Part shown: in pieces, positions 1-7,749 of the stretch
Numbering within the stretch: position 1 is the stretch's first letter
Layout: the number at the start of each line of letters is the position of its first letter
Made by a program: the position numbers and the translations under genes
Source of the DNA: Candidatus Omnitrophota bacterium
Lineage (GTDB): Bacteria; Omnitrophota; Omnitrophia; Omnitrophales; Aquincolibacteriaceae
Length of the DNA: 16,794 nt
Assembly: GCA_043803685.1 (NCBI GenBank)
Contig: JAZDJU010000039.1
Coordinates: 1-16,794 of the forward strand
Reading direction: 5' to 3'
Notes under the pieces: generated by a model
The model's input: only the letters and a program-made list of their open reading frames with translations
The model's database searches: none
What the model was told of the DNA's origin: nothing

Positions 1-2436
1 GGTCCCCCCGCTCATTTGTTTTGATTCTTCAGCCAGATCCACGGGGTCCGTCGTCGCGATCCAATACTCAAGCGCCGTCGGTTCAAGCTTCACGATCACG
101 GGCTGCTCGTCAAACTTGATGAACACTTCGGAATAATGACCGGGCCTTACCTCAAGCTCACGAACGGCCTGGATCTCATTGGGATTAAGACCGAAACGAC
201 CGAGCTGATCATGGCCTTTATGAAGCCTCAGCAGGTATTTCACGGGAGAGTTATTGATGATGACGCTCGCGATCTTCGCCTCAAGAAAATCCTCGGGATT
301 TTGGGAGATGGAAAGAACCCCGGCGTTCATCTTCCTTGCCGTGCGGTAGAACACCTCGACGAGGTCACTCCCCTGTGATTCTTTTAAAAGAAGCCAGCAT
401 TCATCCAGAACGAGCATCTTTTTGATCGCAAGATTCTCGAATTTTCTTTTTAAAGCGAAAGGAATAATGTAAAGAAGGATCTCCTGAAGCTCCGGATATT
501 GCGATATTTTCCGGAGATCAAAGACCGTAAACCGTGAATCGAAATCAAAGACACCCTCCCGGTTCAGGAGTCTTCCGTACTCGCCTTTCGTGAAAAGACA
601 GAGTTCCTTCGCAAATTGATACGCTTTCCGCTTGTCATCCTCATCGCCCGCCACAAAATGAAAAAGAATCTTTTCAACGTCCCCAAGAAGCGGGGCACGA
701 TCCTGAGGAATCGCGTCGTAAACTTCACGGATGGCGCGCTCAAGGATCATTTTTTCGCTGGCCGCCCATTTCCTTTCCGGGCCGATCATTTTCTGGAGCA
801 GTTCTTTCAAGAACTGGAGGAAAGTCGCGTCAGGATCCCCGCCTTCAGGGAAAAGAACCCTTTTCCTGGGAAAGGGATTAAGGGCGTACGCCTCAGAGCA
901 TTCCACCTCGAGATACGACCCTCCCAAAAGATTCGCGAGTTTCCGGTAACTGCCGCCCACATCGATCACGATGACTTCATGCGTTTTCGACGCGATAAAG
1001 AAATGAAGCAGCAGATGGGTCGTAAAAAAAGATTTTCCGGAGCCGGTCGTTCCGAGCATGAACGCGTGTTTTGCCTGAAGTCTGGCGTCAAAAAGATCGA
1101 GATTGAGCGGTTCATCCCTCCAGGTCTTAAGAAGGATCCCGGTTTTCTCGGTCCCACGCCAACTCGCCTGAAGAGGCAATAGATGGGTCAGAACCTCGGA
1201 CCTGACGAGAAACACGAGCGGATTCTCATGCCCCTGAAGCGGAAGAAAGGACAAAAACAAACGGTCATGGTTCATGTGATCGCGAATTCCTTGAGCGTCC
1301 CCAAGACGCGGGAACACACGAAGCATCTCTTCAGCGCGTTTTTCGAGATCAACCCTTGTTTTTTCGCGGAGCATGACCGCCATCGAACAATTCAGGAGCT
1401 TATCTCCGGTTTGGGCGAGTTCCGCCAAAAGCGCCTCTGATTCACCGGCCCGGGCCCCCGCCTCATGATCCCGTGTCCTCGCGAAAAATTCCTGCGCTTT
1501 CGCGAAATTCCCCTGTTTTTTCAAGGAAGCCCGCTCACGATCCTGATCCGGAACCTCAAGTGTGATGGACATAAGGTAATTGCGGCCGAGTGCGCGCTCA
1601 AAATCTCGCATGGCTTTAAGGTTGGTGTGATCCGGAAGCAGCCTGAGATTTAGAATTTCGTGGAAATTCCGGTCCAGGTAAAAGAACCGATCCTCGACAA
1701 CGGGTGGAGTAAGAAGCAGCCGGGACCGGAGCGTCTCTTCACTGCGCCACGCACCCTTTTCAACGATCCCGCTCTTTTCAAACGGCACGATCTCTTTTGA
1801 ATACGAGGGGTTGAAAAGCTCGTAAAGATAACGGAGAAGTTCCGGCTCCTTGATTTTCCCCAAGTGATATCCGATATCGGAAAATCCGGCCAGAATCCGG
1901 GCGGATATGTTTTGTAGCTCTTTCTTCGAAGCCTCGTAATCTGACCGAGCGGCTACTCTGGACTTTTTGCCAAACACCGAGAAAAGATCCGGTAGAAAAG
2001 ACCGAATATCCCGCTTTGCCGCAGGCCGCACTACGATAAAAAGGAACACCTGACGACTGAGAAAAGGATGCTCCCGGTAAGCAGCCGATTTTGCCCCGGC
2101 GATTTTCTTAGCGAAATCGCCCTGCCCGGCAAGGGATTCTTCAAACGCCTTCAGAGCCTCTTCATCCCCTTCCTCGGATTTAACAATGAAGTGAAGCGAT
2201 GTTCCTGTCGGAAGCGAGTTCCAGAGTTTCCGGGCCCTGTTTTCGAAATGCTCAAGCGCCCCATCACTTTCGAGAAGCAGGTCGCGACCATAAACCCTGA
2301 AGCCGCACCCGATCGTCCCTGACACCCCGATCAAAACATCGTCCTCGATGGAGTAAAGATCCGCCTGTTTGTAAAAAGGTATCCGTGATTCGCAACGGAT
2401 GAGGTCCCGTATCCGGAGAAGCTTAGTGCTCTTCAT
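1..2436 (-). CDS. virB4: VirB4/TraC-family type IV secretion ATPase (3' end runs off the window; not in ORF track)
   Basis: Manual translation from ATG at 2436 (MKSTKLLRIRDLIRCESRIPFYKQADLYSIEDDVLIG...). The same frame contains Walker A HAFMLGTTGSGKSFF (~1021-1080), VIVIDVGGSY, Walker B MLVLDECW (from 417), RTARKMNAGVLSISQ and C-terminal YSEVF...LEYWIATTDP. Overlaps the stop of the VirB3-like gene. Confidence 0.93.
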   Translation of the reverse strand, partial: MKSTKLLRIRDLIRCESRIPFYKQADLYSIEDDVLIGVSGTIGCGFRVYGRDLLLESDGALEHFENRARKLWNSLPTGTSLHFIVKSEEGDEEALKAFEESLAGQGDFAKKIAGAKSAAYREHPFLSRQVFLFIVVRPAAKRDIRSFLPDLFSVFGKKSRVAARSDYEASKKELQNISARILAGFSDIGYHLGKIKEPELLRYLYELFNPSYSKEIVPFEKSGIVEKGAWRSEETLRSRLLLTPPVVEDRFFYLDRNFHEILNLRLLPDHTNLKAMRDFERALGRNYLMSITLEVPDQDRERASLKKQGNFAKAQEFFARTRDHEAGARAGESEALLAELAQTGDKLLNCSMAVMLREKTRVDLEKRAEEMLRVFPRLGDAQGIRDHMNHDRLFLSFLPLQGHENPLVFLVRSEVLTHLLPLQASWRGTEKTGILLKTWRDEPLNLDLFDARLQAKHAFMLGTTGSGKSFFTTHLLLHFFIASKTHEVIVIDVGGSYRKLANLLGGSYLEVECSEAYALNPFPRKRVLFPEGGDPDATFLQFLKELLQKMIGPERKWAASEKMILERAIREVYDAIPQDRAPLLGDVEKILFHFVAGDEDDKRKAYQFAKELCLFTKGEYGRLLNREGVFDFDSRFTVFDLRKISQYPELQEILLYIIPFALKRKFENLAIKKMLVLDECWLLLKESQGSDLVEVFYRTARKMNAGVLSISQNPEDFLEAKIASVIINNSPVKYLLRLHKGHDQLGRFGLNPNEIQAVRELEVRPGHYSEVFIKFDEQPVIVKLEPTALEYWIATTDPVDLAEESKQMSGGT

Positions 2437-2710
2437 GATCCAACTCCTTGGGGTGTTCCCGTTTTTGACCGTAATACCGGGTTTTGAAAAGAAAACGGAA
2501 GACACTCGCGGTCCAGTGCGAGGGTTTCCCCTTTTTGTAAAGACGAAGAAAGAAATAGGCAATGCCGACCACAAGGAGATTCAGGAGCAGGTTTTTGGAG
2601 AAAAGAAACACACCAAGATAGATCAGAACCAAAAGCAGCAGATCCGGGAATTCAAGCCCCAGGATCTTATTGCGTTCGTGAATCTTTCGGTAAACCTTAA
2701 GCTGTTTCAT
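2423..2710 (-). CDS. VirB3/TraL-like small membrane protein of the T4SS
   Basis: 95 aa, two hydrophobic segments after KILGLEFPD, basic C-terminus, located between pilin and VirB4, GGAGG RBS. Confidence 0.7.
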   Translation of the reverse strand: MKQLKVYRKIHERNKILGLEFPDLLLLVLIYLGVFLFSKNLLLNLLVVGIAYFFLRLYKKGKPSHWTASVFRFLFKTRYYGQKREHPKELDHEEH

Positions 2711-2720
2711 CGATGTCCTC

Positions 2721-3032
2721 CTAAAAATGAGCCGCGTTCTGAATTAAATCGAGGATCGCCCTCGAAAGCATGATGAGAGCCCCGCCCCCCGCAGCAAGCG
2801 CTCCCCGGCGCATTCCCTGCTCATCGCCGAGCGCCATGGATACACCGGCGATAGCGACCCCGATCACGCAAACTCCGGGACCGATCGAACGGATCATGAA
2901 ATCCCCGATCTGCTGCAAAAAGGACTGGAGATCCGCCTCAGAACCCGCTTCCGCGTAACAAAGACGGGCCTGAATGAGCAGGAATCCGATCCCCACAAGA
3001 ACACGCCACAGTTTTGAAAATTGCACTTTCAT
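2721..3032 (-). CDS. VirB2/TrbC-family conjugative pilin
   Basis: Start reassigned to ATG 3032 (GGAGGAAACA-ATG). 103 aa, signal-peptide-like N-terminus ending LCYA, then two Gly/Ala-rich hydrophobic helices. First gene of the VirB2-B3-B4 order. Confidence 0.8.
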   Translation of the reverse strand: MKVQFSKLWRVLVGIGFLLIQARLCYAEAGSEADLQSFLQQIGDFMIRSIGPGVCVIGVAIAGVSMALGDEQGMRRGALAAGGGALIMLSRAILDLIQNAAHF

Positions 3033-3124
3033 TGTTTCCTCCGTAGTTGAGGGGAAGGAGGCTCTGGAACCCCTTTGGGAGGCATTACCTCGAGCCTGTT
3101 TTGATGGGTCGGCCTCACTTCCCC

Positions 3125-3202
3125 CTATAGTATTGGGCAATAACAGGGGGGGCTGTTCACAAGTTTTCCACATTTCCCCTTAGGAAAATATTTTTCTAGT
3201 CC
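3125..3202 (-). repeat. 78-bp direct repeat copy 1; putative regulated promoter of the pilin/T4SS operon
   Basis: 71/78 ungapped identity with 16418-16495. On the minus strand it ends in a TACTAT -10-like hexamer with no good -35. Overlaps the last codons of the sigma-4 gene. Confidence 0.9.
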
Positions 3203-3782
3203 GTTCGAGAACATAGTAAACAGCGCTGGGACGCCTTCCAAGAGTCCGCGCAATTTGAGCCACCGTGAGCCCGTTCCGATATCGGAGCCTGAAAATTAGT
3301 TTCTGTTTTTTTGTTAACACTGCTAATTTAGAAGACCGCAGCATTCGCCGGATAGAGTCTTTTTCCGAAACAAACTTCCGCAGTCTCAGATAAATTTCCT
3401 GACGGAAACGGCGGACAGTGATCCGGGAAACGCCAAGACGCGTGGCGATCTCTTTGTCCGAAAGACATTCGACGTAAAAGAGGTCGAAAAAAACTTGTCT
3501 TCTTTCCGTAAGCATTCCTTCCCTCGCAAGACGAACCAATCGGGCATGATTTGCCGTAATTTTCCTGCGACCAGAAATTCGGTTCTCCTTCGCAGCCAGG
3601 TCATTAAAGGAACTAGCCGAACCGGCCAGCTTCTCTCTAACCTCCAGCTCGAAAGGATGGAGGGGATCTTCGGGCTGCGTCCCTTCCACTCGCGAAAAAT
3701 CGGTCTCCCGCACTCTCGTCCTTCGTTTATTGCTAGATCCTGAAACATCCGGTTCTTCATTTTTGGATTTTGAATTTGACAC
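3180..3782 (-). CDS. Transcriptional regulator with two tandem sigma70 region-4 HTH domains
   Basis: LTERRQVFFDLFYVECLSDKEIATRLGVSRITVR and LTKKQKLIFRLRYRNGLTVAQIARTLGRRPSAVY both fit the region-4 pattern. Start more likely GTG 3782 (GGGGA 7 nt upstream) than GTG 3827, which abuts a terminator U-tract. Confidence 0.8.
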   Translation of the reverse strand: MSNSKSKNEEPDVSGSSNKRRTRVRETDFSRVEGTQPEDPLHPFELEVREKLAGSASSFNDLAAKENRISGRRKITANHARLVRLAREGMLTERRQVFFDLFYVECLSDKEIATRLGVSRITVRRFRQEIYLRLRKFVSEKDSIRRMLRSSKLAVLTKKQKLIFRLRYRNGLTVAQIARTLGRRPSAVYYVLERTRKIFS

Positions 3783-3827
3783 TGTTGTGTCCCCGCTTTC
3801 CGCCGTGCGGAACCGGAGTGAGGACAC

Positions 3828-3861
3828 AAAAAAAGCGAGCAGCCCGGAGGGTTACCCGCTT
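3828..3861 (-). terminator. Intrinsic terminator/attenuator at the end of the leader, upstream of the sigma-4 gene
   Basis: Minus strand AGCGGGUA-A-CCC-UCC-GGG-C-UGCUCGCU with G-U pairs, running into a 7-U tract. Confidence 0.7.
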
Positions 3862-3971
3862 GTTGACTACGTAAAAATGCAGAAAAAATTTTTAGGAGAA
3901 GATACTAAGGAAGATAAAAAGAGGGATGGTGATGGAGCCAGCCTGGAAGTGAAAAAGTGATGCTAAAGGAA

Positions 3972-4249
3972 GGGGAACCTCCGCGCTGCCGTATCCGAAC
4001 CCGGAACCACACGGCATAATGGTGGTTCCAGATTACCGGAGATCCTCAAAGGAGCTTACGCAAAGCTCCGCTCTGTGGTTTGTCTGAAACAGTTATGTGA
4101 CGCATCAGGACCTTAAAACGGTCTCGGGCGAACAATTGGGGAAGACTATGCTTCCCGCTCATTCAGGCAGCCAAACCGTGGAAAAGAGACCTCCTTGGGT
4201 TGAGGTCTTCTATTTGCCAACGGCCCGATCCCGAAGGATCCGGCTTTTT
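3972..4249. ncRNA. Candidate structured RNA (multi-stem, pseudoknot); family not recognised, strand uncertain
   Basis: About ten complementary segment pairs in 280 nt with no credible ORF; details in findings. Confidence 0.6.
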
Positions 4250-4308
4250 AAAAATCTCCGTATTCGTGAGCTTGATTCGCTCTTGATCGAACCTGGATAA
4301 GTAACAAA

Positions 4309-4337
4309 ATACTACCCAATACGTCCTATAATGTCAA
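4309..4337 (-). promoter_or_regulatory. Sigma70-type promoter TTGACA-N17-TAGTAT
   Basis: Minus strand TTGACA (4337-4332), 17-nt spacer, TAGTAT (4314-4309), just downstream of the cargo-block terminator and pointing at the structured leader and regulator gene. Confidence 0.8.
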
Positions 4338-4379
4338 GGAGTGAATGGATGACTCAGAAACGCAAAAAAAATTCTGGAA

Positions 4380-4405
4380 CGGCGGGAGAAGTATTTCCCC
4401 CGCCG
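4380..4405 (-). terminator. Hairpin closing the cargo block
   Basis: CGGCGGGGGAA-AUAC-UUCUCCCGCCG 11-bp stem just after the stop at 4414; U-rich tract slightly displaced. Confidence 0.65.
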
Positions 4406-4413
4406 CTTTTCGA

Positions 4414-4728
4414 TCATTTTTTCCAGAATCTGCTCTCCTGAATCAGATATCCGGCAGAACGAAGCATACCGGCCACATCAAATGTCTTAAATCCCCCGCC
4501 GCTGCGAACTGGCACGGAATACTGACCGCTTGACAGGTTGACCGCCGAAGTAAAATCGTTCGCAAACGACATGATTCTGCTCACGACAAGCCAGCCCATA
4601 AATATCAGTGGCAGTAGCCAGAAGGCAAGATTCACAAAAATAATGAATAGTGCCTTCAAGATCGTCACGATACTCCGCTTGAGTCTCGCGAATGCCTTTC
4701 GAATTTGATCCAAAACGAATTCTTTCAT
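4414..4728 (-). CDS. Hypothetical membrane protein (104 aa)
   Basis: GAGGAGGT RBS; basic N-terminus followed by a long hydrophobic segment. Confidence 0.75.
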   Translation of the reverse strand: MKEFVLDQIRKAFARLKRSIVTILKALFIIFVNLAFWLLPLIFMGWLVVSRIMSFANDFTSAVNLSSGQYSVPVRSGGGFKTFDVAGMLRSAGYLIQESRFWKK

Positions 4729-4799
4729 GGTTACCTCCTCACATTTTTATTTCTCCGGACCGAATCACATGACCGCCAATTCCTTGTTGATAACGCGTT

Positions 4800-5012
4800 C
4801 TACAATTCCGTCACTTCATGGACCGATGACGGATAGAAAACAATTTTATTTTTTTCAACGCCGATGCTGATTCTTGAATCATCAAGCAACGGGCTGAAGC
4901 TGTTCCCTTCTTCATCCGAAGAAAGCCACACTTCAAATTCTTTTTTGATTGTCCCTTGTTTGCATAATGCGCCAAGGACTTGGACAAGACCCACCACGCT
5001 AAGTGTTTTCAT
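4800..5012 (-). CDS. Hypothetical protein (70 aa)
   Basis: AAAAAGGAGG RBS, co-oriented with neighbours, globular-looking sequence (VWLSSDEEGNSFSPL). Confidence 0.75.
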   Translation of the reverse strand: MKTLSVVGLVQVLGALCKQGTIKKEFEVWLSSDEEGNSFSPLLDDSRISIGVEKNKIVFYPSSVHEVTEL

Positions 5013-5030
5013 TGAATCTTCCTCCTTTTT

Positions 5031-5071
5031 AAAAATGCGAAAGACAGGAGATATTCTTCCCGCCCCTCGCA
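5031..5071 (-). terminator. Terminator-like hairpin abutting the next RBS
   Basis: UGCGAGGGGCGGGA/UCCUGUCUUUCGCA 14-bp stem with four G-U pairs, then UUUUU, then AAAAAGGAGG. Confidence 0.7.
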
Positions 5072-5093
5072 GTGATTTGATTTATAGAATTTC

Positions 5094-6179
5094 TTATTTC
5101 TCCTGAGGTAGCTTCACCACTTTCCCGAACGATCCCGAAAAAGCGCCGTCCGGAGTAAGACACCAGAGCGTCGAGCATCTCGATCGTTCCGGATAATCGC
5201 CATATCCGTCGGTGAGATAGACCAGAGCGTCAGGCCGGAGCTTTTCGGCAAGGTCAAAGATGGGCTTAAAGCTCGTTCCCCCTCGTCCCGATACGGCTTT
5301 GGGCCGGGATTTGTAGCGATAGACATTGCCGACTTTCGCGTCGCATTCCGCCACCGTGATCTCCATGCCGAGGGCCTTGATCTTTTCAATCTCCGCGAAG
5401 AAAAGAGAGAGATCCCGGTCACTGACGCTGCCGCTCGTATCAAGCCCGACCAATAGCTTGAGTTTTTGCTCGATCCTCTGGCCGGGAAATTCCTCAAACC
5501 TCCGGTTCGGTCGTTTTCTTGAGAAAACCGAGCGCACGAGTGTCGCCCGGATCAGGAACCTTTCGAGAATGCTCTTCCAGTTGACGCCCGGACCTTTCAG
5601 GAATTCCTTCAGCTGTTCGCGCATGTCCCCGGGAAGAGAACCGTAATCCTGCGTCTCATCAAGCGAGATTTTGACGGCTCTTCTCAGGAACTCCTGCTGA
5701 TACTGCGGATCTTCTACCGGGTCCCCCCAAAGGCTATGATCGTCAAGCATAGAGCCATCTGCTTTCGCGATCTTGGCCTGAAGTTTTTCAGTGTTCTCGA
5801 TGAGCTTCTTGTAATACCACTCCGCTGTTTGCCCATCTTCAAACCCGAAAAGCTTTGGCATCAGAGCTATTCTCGGAAGATTTCTGATGAATGTGTTGAT
5901 GGCAAGATCACAGGCGATATTAAAAATCCCGTGATTCTTTCCATCTCCTCGAAAGAGATGAAGGTGCAACAAATGAAGCACCTCATGCTCGAGACACGCG
6001 ACACGCTCGTCAAACTTGAGACCTTCCAGGAATTTCGGATTGAAATAGAGATTGATACGCCCCGTGATATTCACTCCCAGAGTCGGAACCTTCTCCGTCT
6101 CGATCCTGTTCATTTGCTGAACGAAATGCGCGTAAAACGGCTTGGTTTGCACAAGTGATACGACCATTTCCTCAATCAT
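5094..6179 (-). CDS. HExxH metallopeptidase-like + VWA domain protein (DUF2201-type), MoxR partner
   Basis: LEHEVLHLL motif, FNIACDLAIN, DDHSLW, MIDAS elements DTSGS / GGTSF / YLTDG. Start reassigned to ATG 6179 (AAAGGAGG RBS, overlapping the end of the upstream gene). Confidence 0.88.
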   Translation of the reverse strand: MIEEMVVSLVQTKPFYAHFVQQMNRIETEKVPTLGVNITGRINLYFNPKFLEGLKFDERVACLEHEVLHLLHLHLFRGDGKNHGIFNIACDLAINTFIRNLPRIALMPKLFGFEDGQTAEWYYKKLIENTEKLQAKIAKADGSMLDDHSLWGDPVEDPQYQQEFLRRAVKISLDETQDYGSLPGDMREQLKEFLKGPGVNWKSILERFLIRATLVRSVFSRKRPNRRFEEFPGQRIEQKLKLLVGLDTSGSVSDRDLSLFFAEIEKIKALGMEITVAECDAKVGNVYRYKSRPKAVSGRGGTSFKPIFDLAEKLRPDALVYLTDGYGDYPERSRCSTLWCLTPDGAFSGSFGKVVKLPQEK

Positions 6180-6555
6180 GATGTCTCCCTCCTTTGGCAT
6201 CAAAGAAGACCGTTGTATCTTTGATGACCTGTTCATAAGTTATAAACATGACCTTCCCTTTGCTGATCTCAAGAGCCCAGTTATCGTCCCGCTCTTCGCC
6301 GCTGGCATTGATCCATCCCGTCGCGCTTTTGGGAAACGCCCGGACGATCGCCATCACGAACCTCTGGAATTCCTCGTGGTAGTTTTTCCAGTTGGCAAAG
6401 ATTTCGAGATGGTATCCGTCCTTGTTCTTTTCAACGCGGCTCTCATTGGAAAAGTCCGGGAAGCGCCTGCGCAGGATATTTTCGAGGCGTTTTCCTTCCT
6501 TCCCGGAGAGACCCGGAAGATCGATGCTCCCTGTGAAATCCGTGTAGTACCCCAT
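6172..6555 (-). CDS. Hypothetical protein (127 aa) between MoxR and VWA genes
   Basis: GGGGAGG RBS; 3' end overlaps the VWA gene start. Confidence 0.8.
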   Translation of the reverse strand: MGYYTDFTGSIDLPGLSGKEGKRLENILRRRFPDFSNESRVEKNKDGYHLEIFANWKNYHEEFQRFVMAIVRAFPKSATGWINASGEERDDNWALEISKGKVMFITYEQVIKDTTVFFDAKGGRHHD

Positions 6556-6587
6556 GGTTAGAACCTCCCCGTAACGGGTTTAGACGG

Positions 6588-6620
6588 AAAAAAAGCGGGG
6601 AAAACCGAAGTTCTCCCCGC
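6588..6620 (-). terminator. Intrinsic terminator with cUUCGg tetraloop
   Basis: GCGGGGAGAAC-UUCG-GUUUUCCCCGC-UUUUUUU. Confidence 0.85.
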
Positions 6621-6643
6621 CTTTATCCCTGTGAGATGTACGT

Positions 6644-7690
6644 TTAAACCGCGCGTGCCGCTTGAGCGAGCTTCTCCGTGAATTTTTCCTCTTTGCGCAG
6701 AAAAGCGCTCACCTCCGGGATCTTCACCAGTTCCTTCACGAGCGCGAACGCGAGATCCACCGGAAGATCATCCAGAAAATCCACGAGGTTCGATTTCTGC
6801 TGGTTGCTTAACGCTTTCGTTTTTTCTTCTTTCGCCAGAATCCTCAAGATCTCGTCTCCGGTGATTCTCAGAAGATCAAGCCGGGCCTTTTTCCCGCTTG
6901 AATGTTTTTTGACGCGGGCTTTAACCTTCCCGTAATCCGAAAGGATCTCCTCCGCTTTGATGGGGACCTCCTGATCTTTTTTCAGGCTTTCGATGAACGC
7001 GATAGCGGCCTCCTTGCCGACGAGGCCCATGGCGCATTGCAGCCAAAGCCGGTCTTCAAGACCGTTCAACATTCTTGAAAGCATCTCCCAGGATCTCGGC
7101 GAGGGCAGCACTTCGAGGGGGAGATCGTTTGACGGGTTTCCGAGCAGATGATGGTAACGCGCGATCAAATCCAGAATCTCCTCCCGGATCTTTCCCGTAT
7201 CCTTTCCCCATCCGATCCACTCGTTCGGCTCCGGACGGAACTGAATGTGAAGAAACCGGTCGAGCAACGCCGGATCAAGCTCGTTTACGAAATAATCGCT
7301 CCCGGACGGGTTCGAGGCGCATACGACCCTCCAGCCTTCCGGAAGATGATGGGTGTGCAATTTTTTCTCCAACACGAGCTGAAAGATCGCCTGAAGCACA
7401 TCAAGACGCGCACGGTTCAACTCATCGAGAAAGAGTATCCCGACACTTCCTTCCTTGGGAAACCAGGACGGCTTGAGCCATACGGTTCTTCCGTCTTCTT
7501 TGGAAGGAAGCCCGATCAAATCCCCGACTTCCATCTGCCCCAGCCGCAGATCCACGCATTCGTACTTCATTTCCTCCGCAAGAGTCTGCACGATCTGGCT
7601 TTTTCCGATCCCATGCTGGCCCCAGACGAGCGGCGTTACATTCGCTTTGAAACATTGTTGAAGCACTTTGACTAAATCGACGGTATTCAT
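6644..7690 (-). CDS. MoxR/dynein-related AAA+ ATPase (AAA_5-like)
   Basis: Walker A WGQHGIGKS, Walker B ILFLDELNRA, sensor-1 ASNP, arginine finger LDPALLDRF, SPRSW motif. Confidence 0.92.
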   Translation of the reverse strand: MNTVDLVKVLQQCFKANVTPLVWGQHGIGKSQIVQTLAEEMKYECVDLRLGQMEVGDLIGLPSKEDGRTVWLKPSWFPKEGSVGILFLDELNRARLDVLQAIFQLVLEKKLHTHHLPEGWRVVCASNPSGSDYFVNELDPALLDRFLHIQFRPEPNEWIGWGKDTGKIREEILDLIARYHHLLGNPSNDLPLEVLPSPRSWEMLSRMLNGLEDRLWLQCAMGLVGKEAAIAFIESLKKDQEVPIKAEEILSDYGKVKARVKKHSSGKKARLDLLRITGDEILRILAKEEKTKALSNQQKSNLVDFLDDLPVDLAFALVKELVKIPEVSAFLRKEEKFTEKLAQAARAV

Positions 7691-7749
7691 GGACGGTTCT
7701 CTCCCTTGGTTTTTGGTTACGGTTTTGGAATTAAAAGCGGGTGGCAGGA

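Noticed and set aside
136..2773. Plus-strand ORFs of 62-188 aa
   Set aside because: Antisense shadows of VirB4 and the VirB3-like gene; no motifs recognised.
3033..3173. N-terminal 47 aa of the 150-aa pilin ORF
   Set aside because: Runs through the repeat and leader; the strong RBS is at ATG 3032.
3125..3202. 78-bp repeats as attL/attR of an integrated element
   Set aside because: No integrase or tRNA target, and transfer genes lie both inside and outside the repeats; a regulatory role fits better.
4051..4070. ACGCAAAGC resembling the c-di-GMP-I riboswitch core
   Set aside because: The upstream GGCAAAC..GAAA..GG stem and P1 are absent; the segment forms its own hairpin.
4083..4145. CUGAA...CGGGCGAAC..UUGGGG resembling c-di-AMP (ydaO) or hammerhead cores
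   Set aside because: The downstream conserved elements are missing or out of order; no CUGANGA/GAAA pair.
4097..4300. 67-aa plus-strand ORF across the structured region
   Set aside because: GTG start without RBS and it reads through two hairpins; better explained as non-coding.
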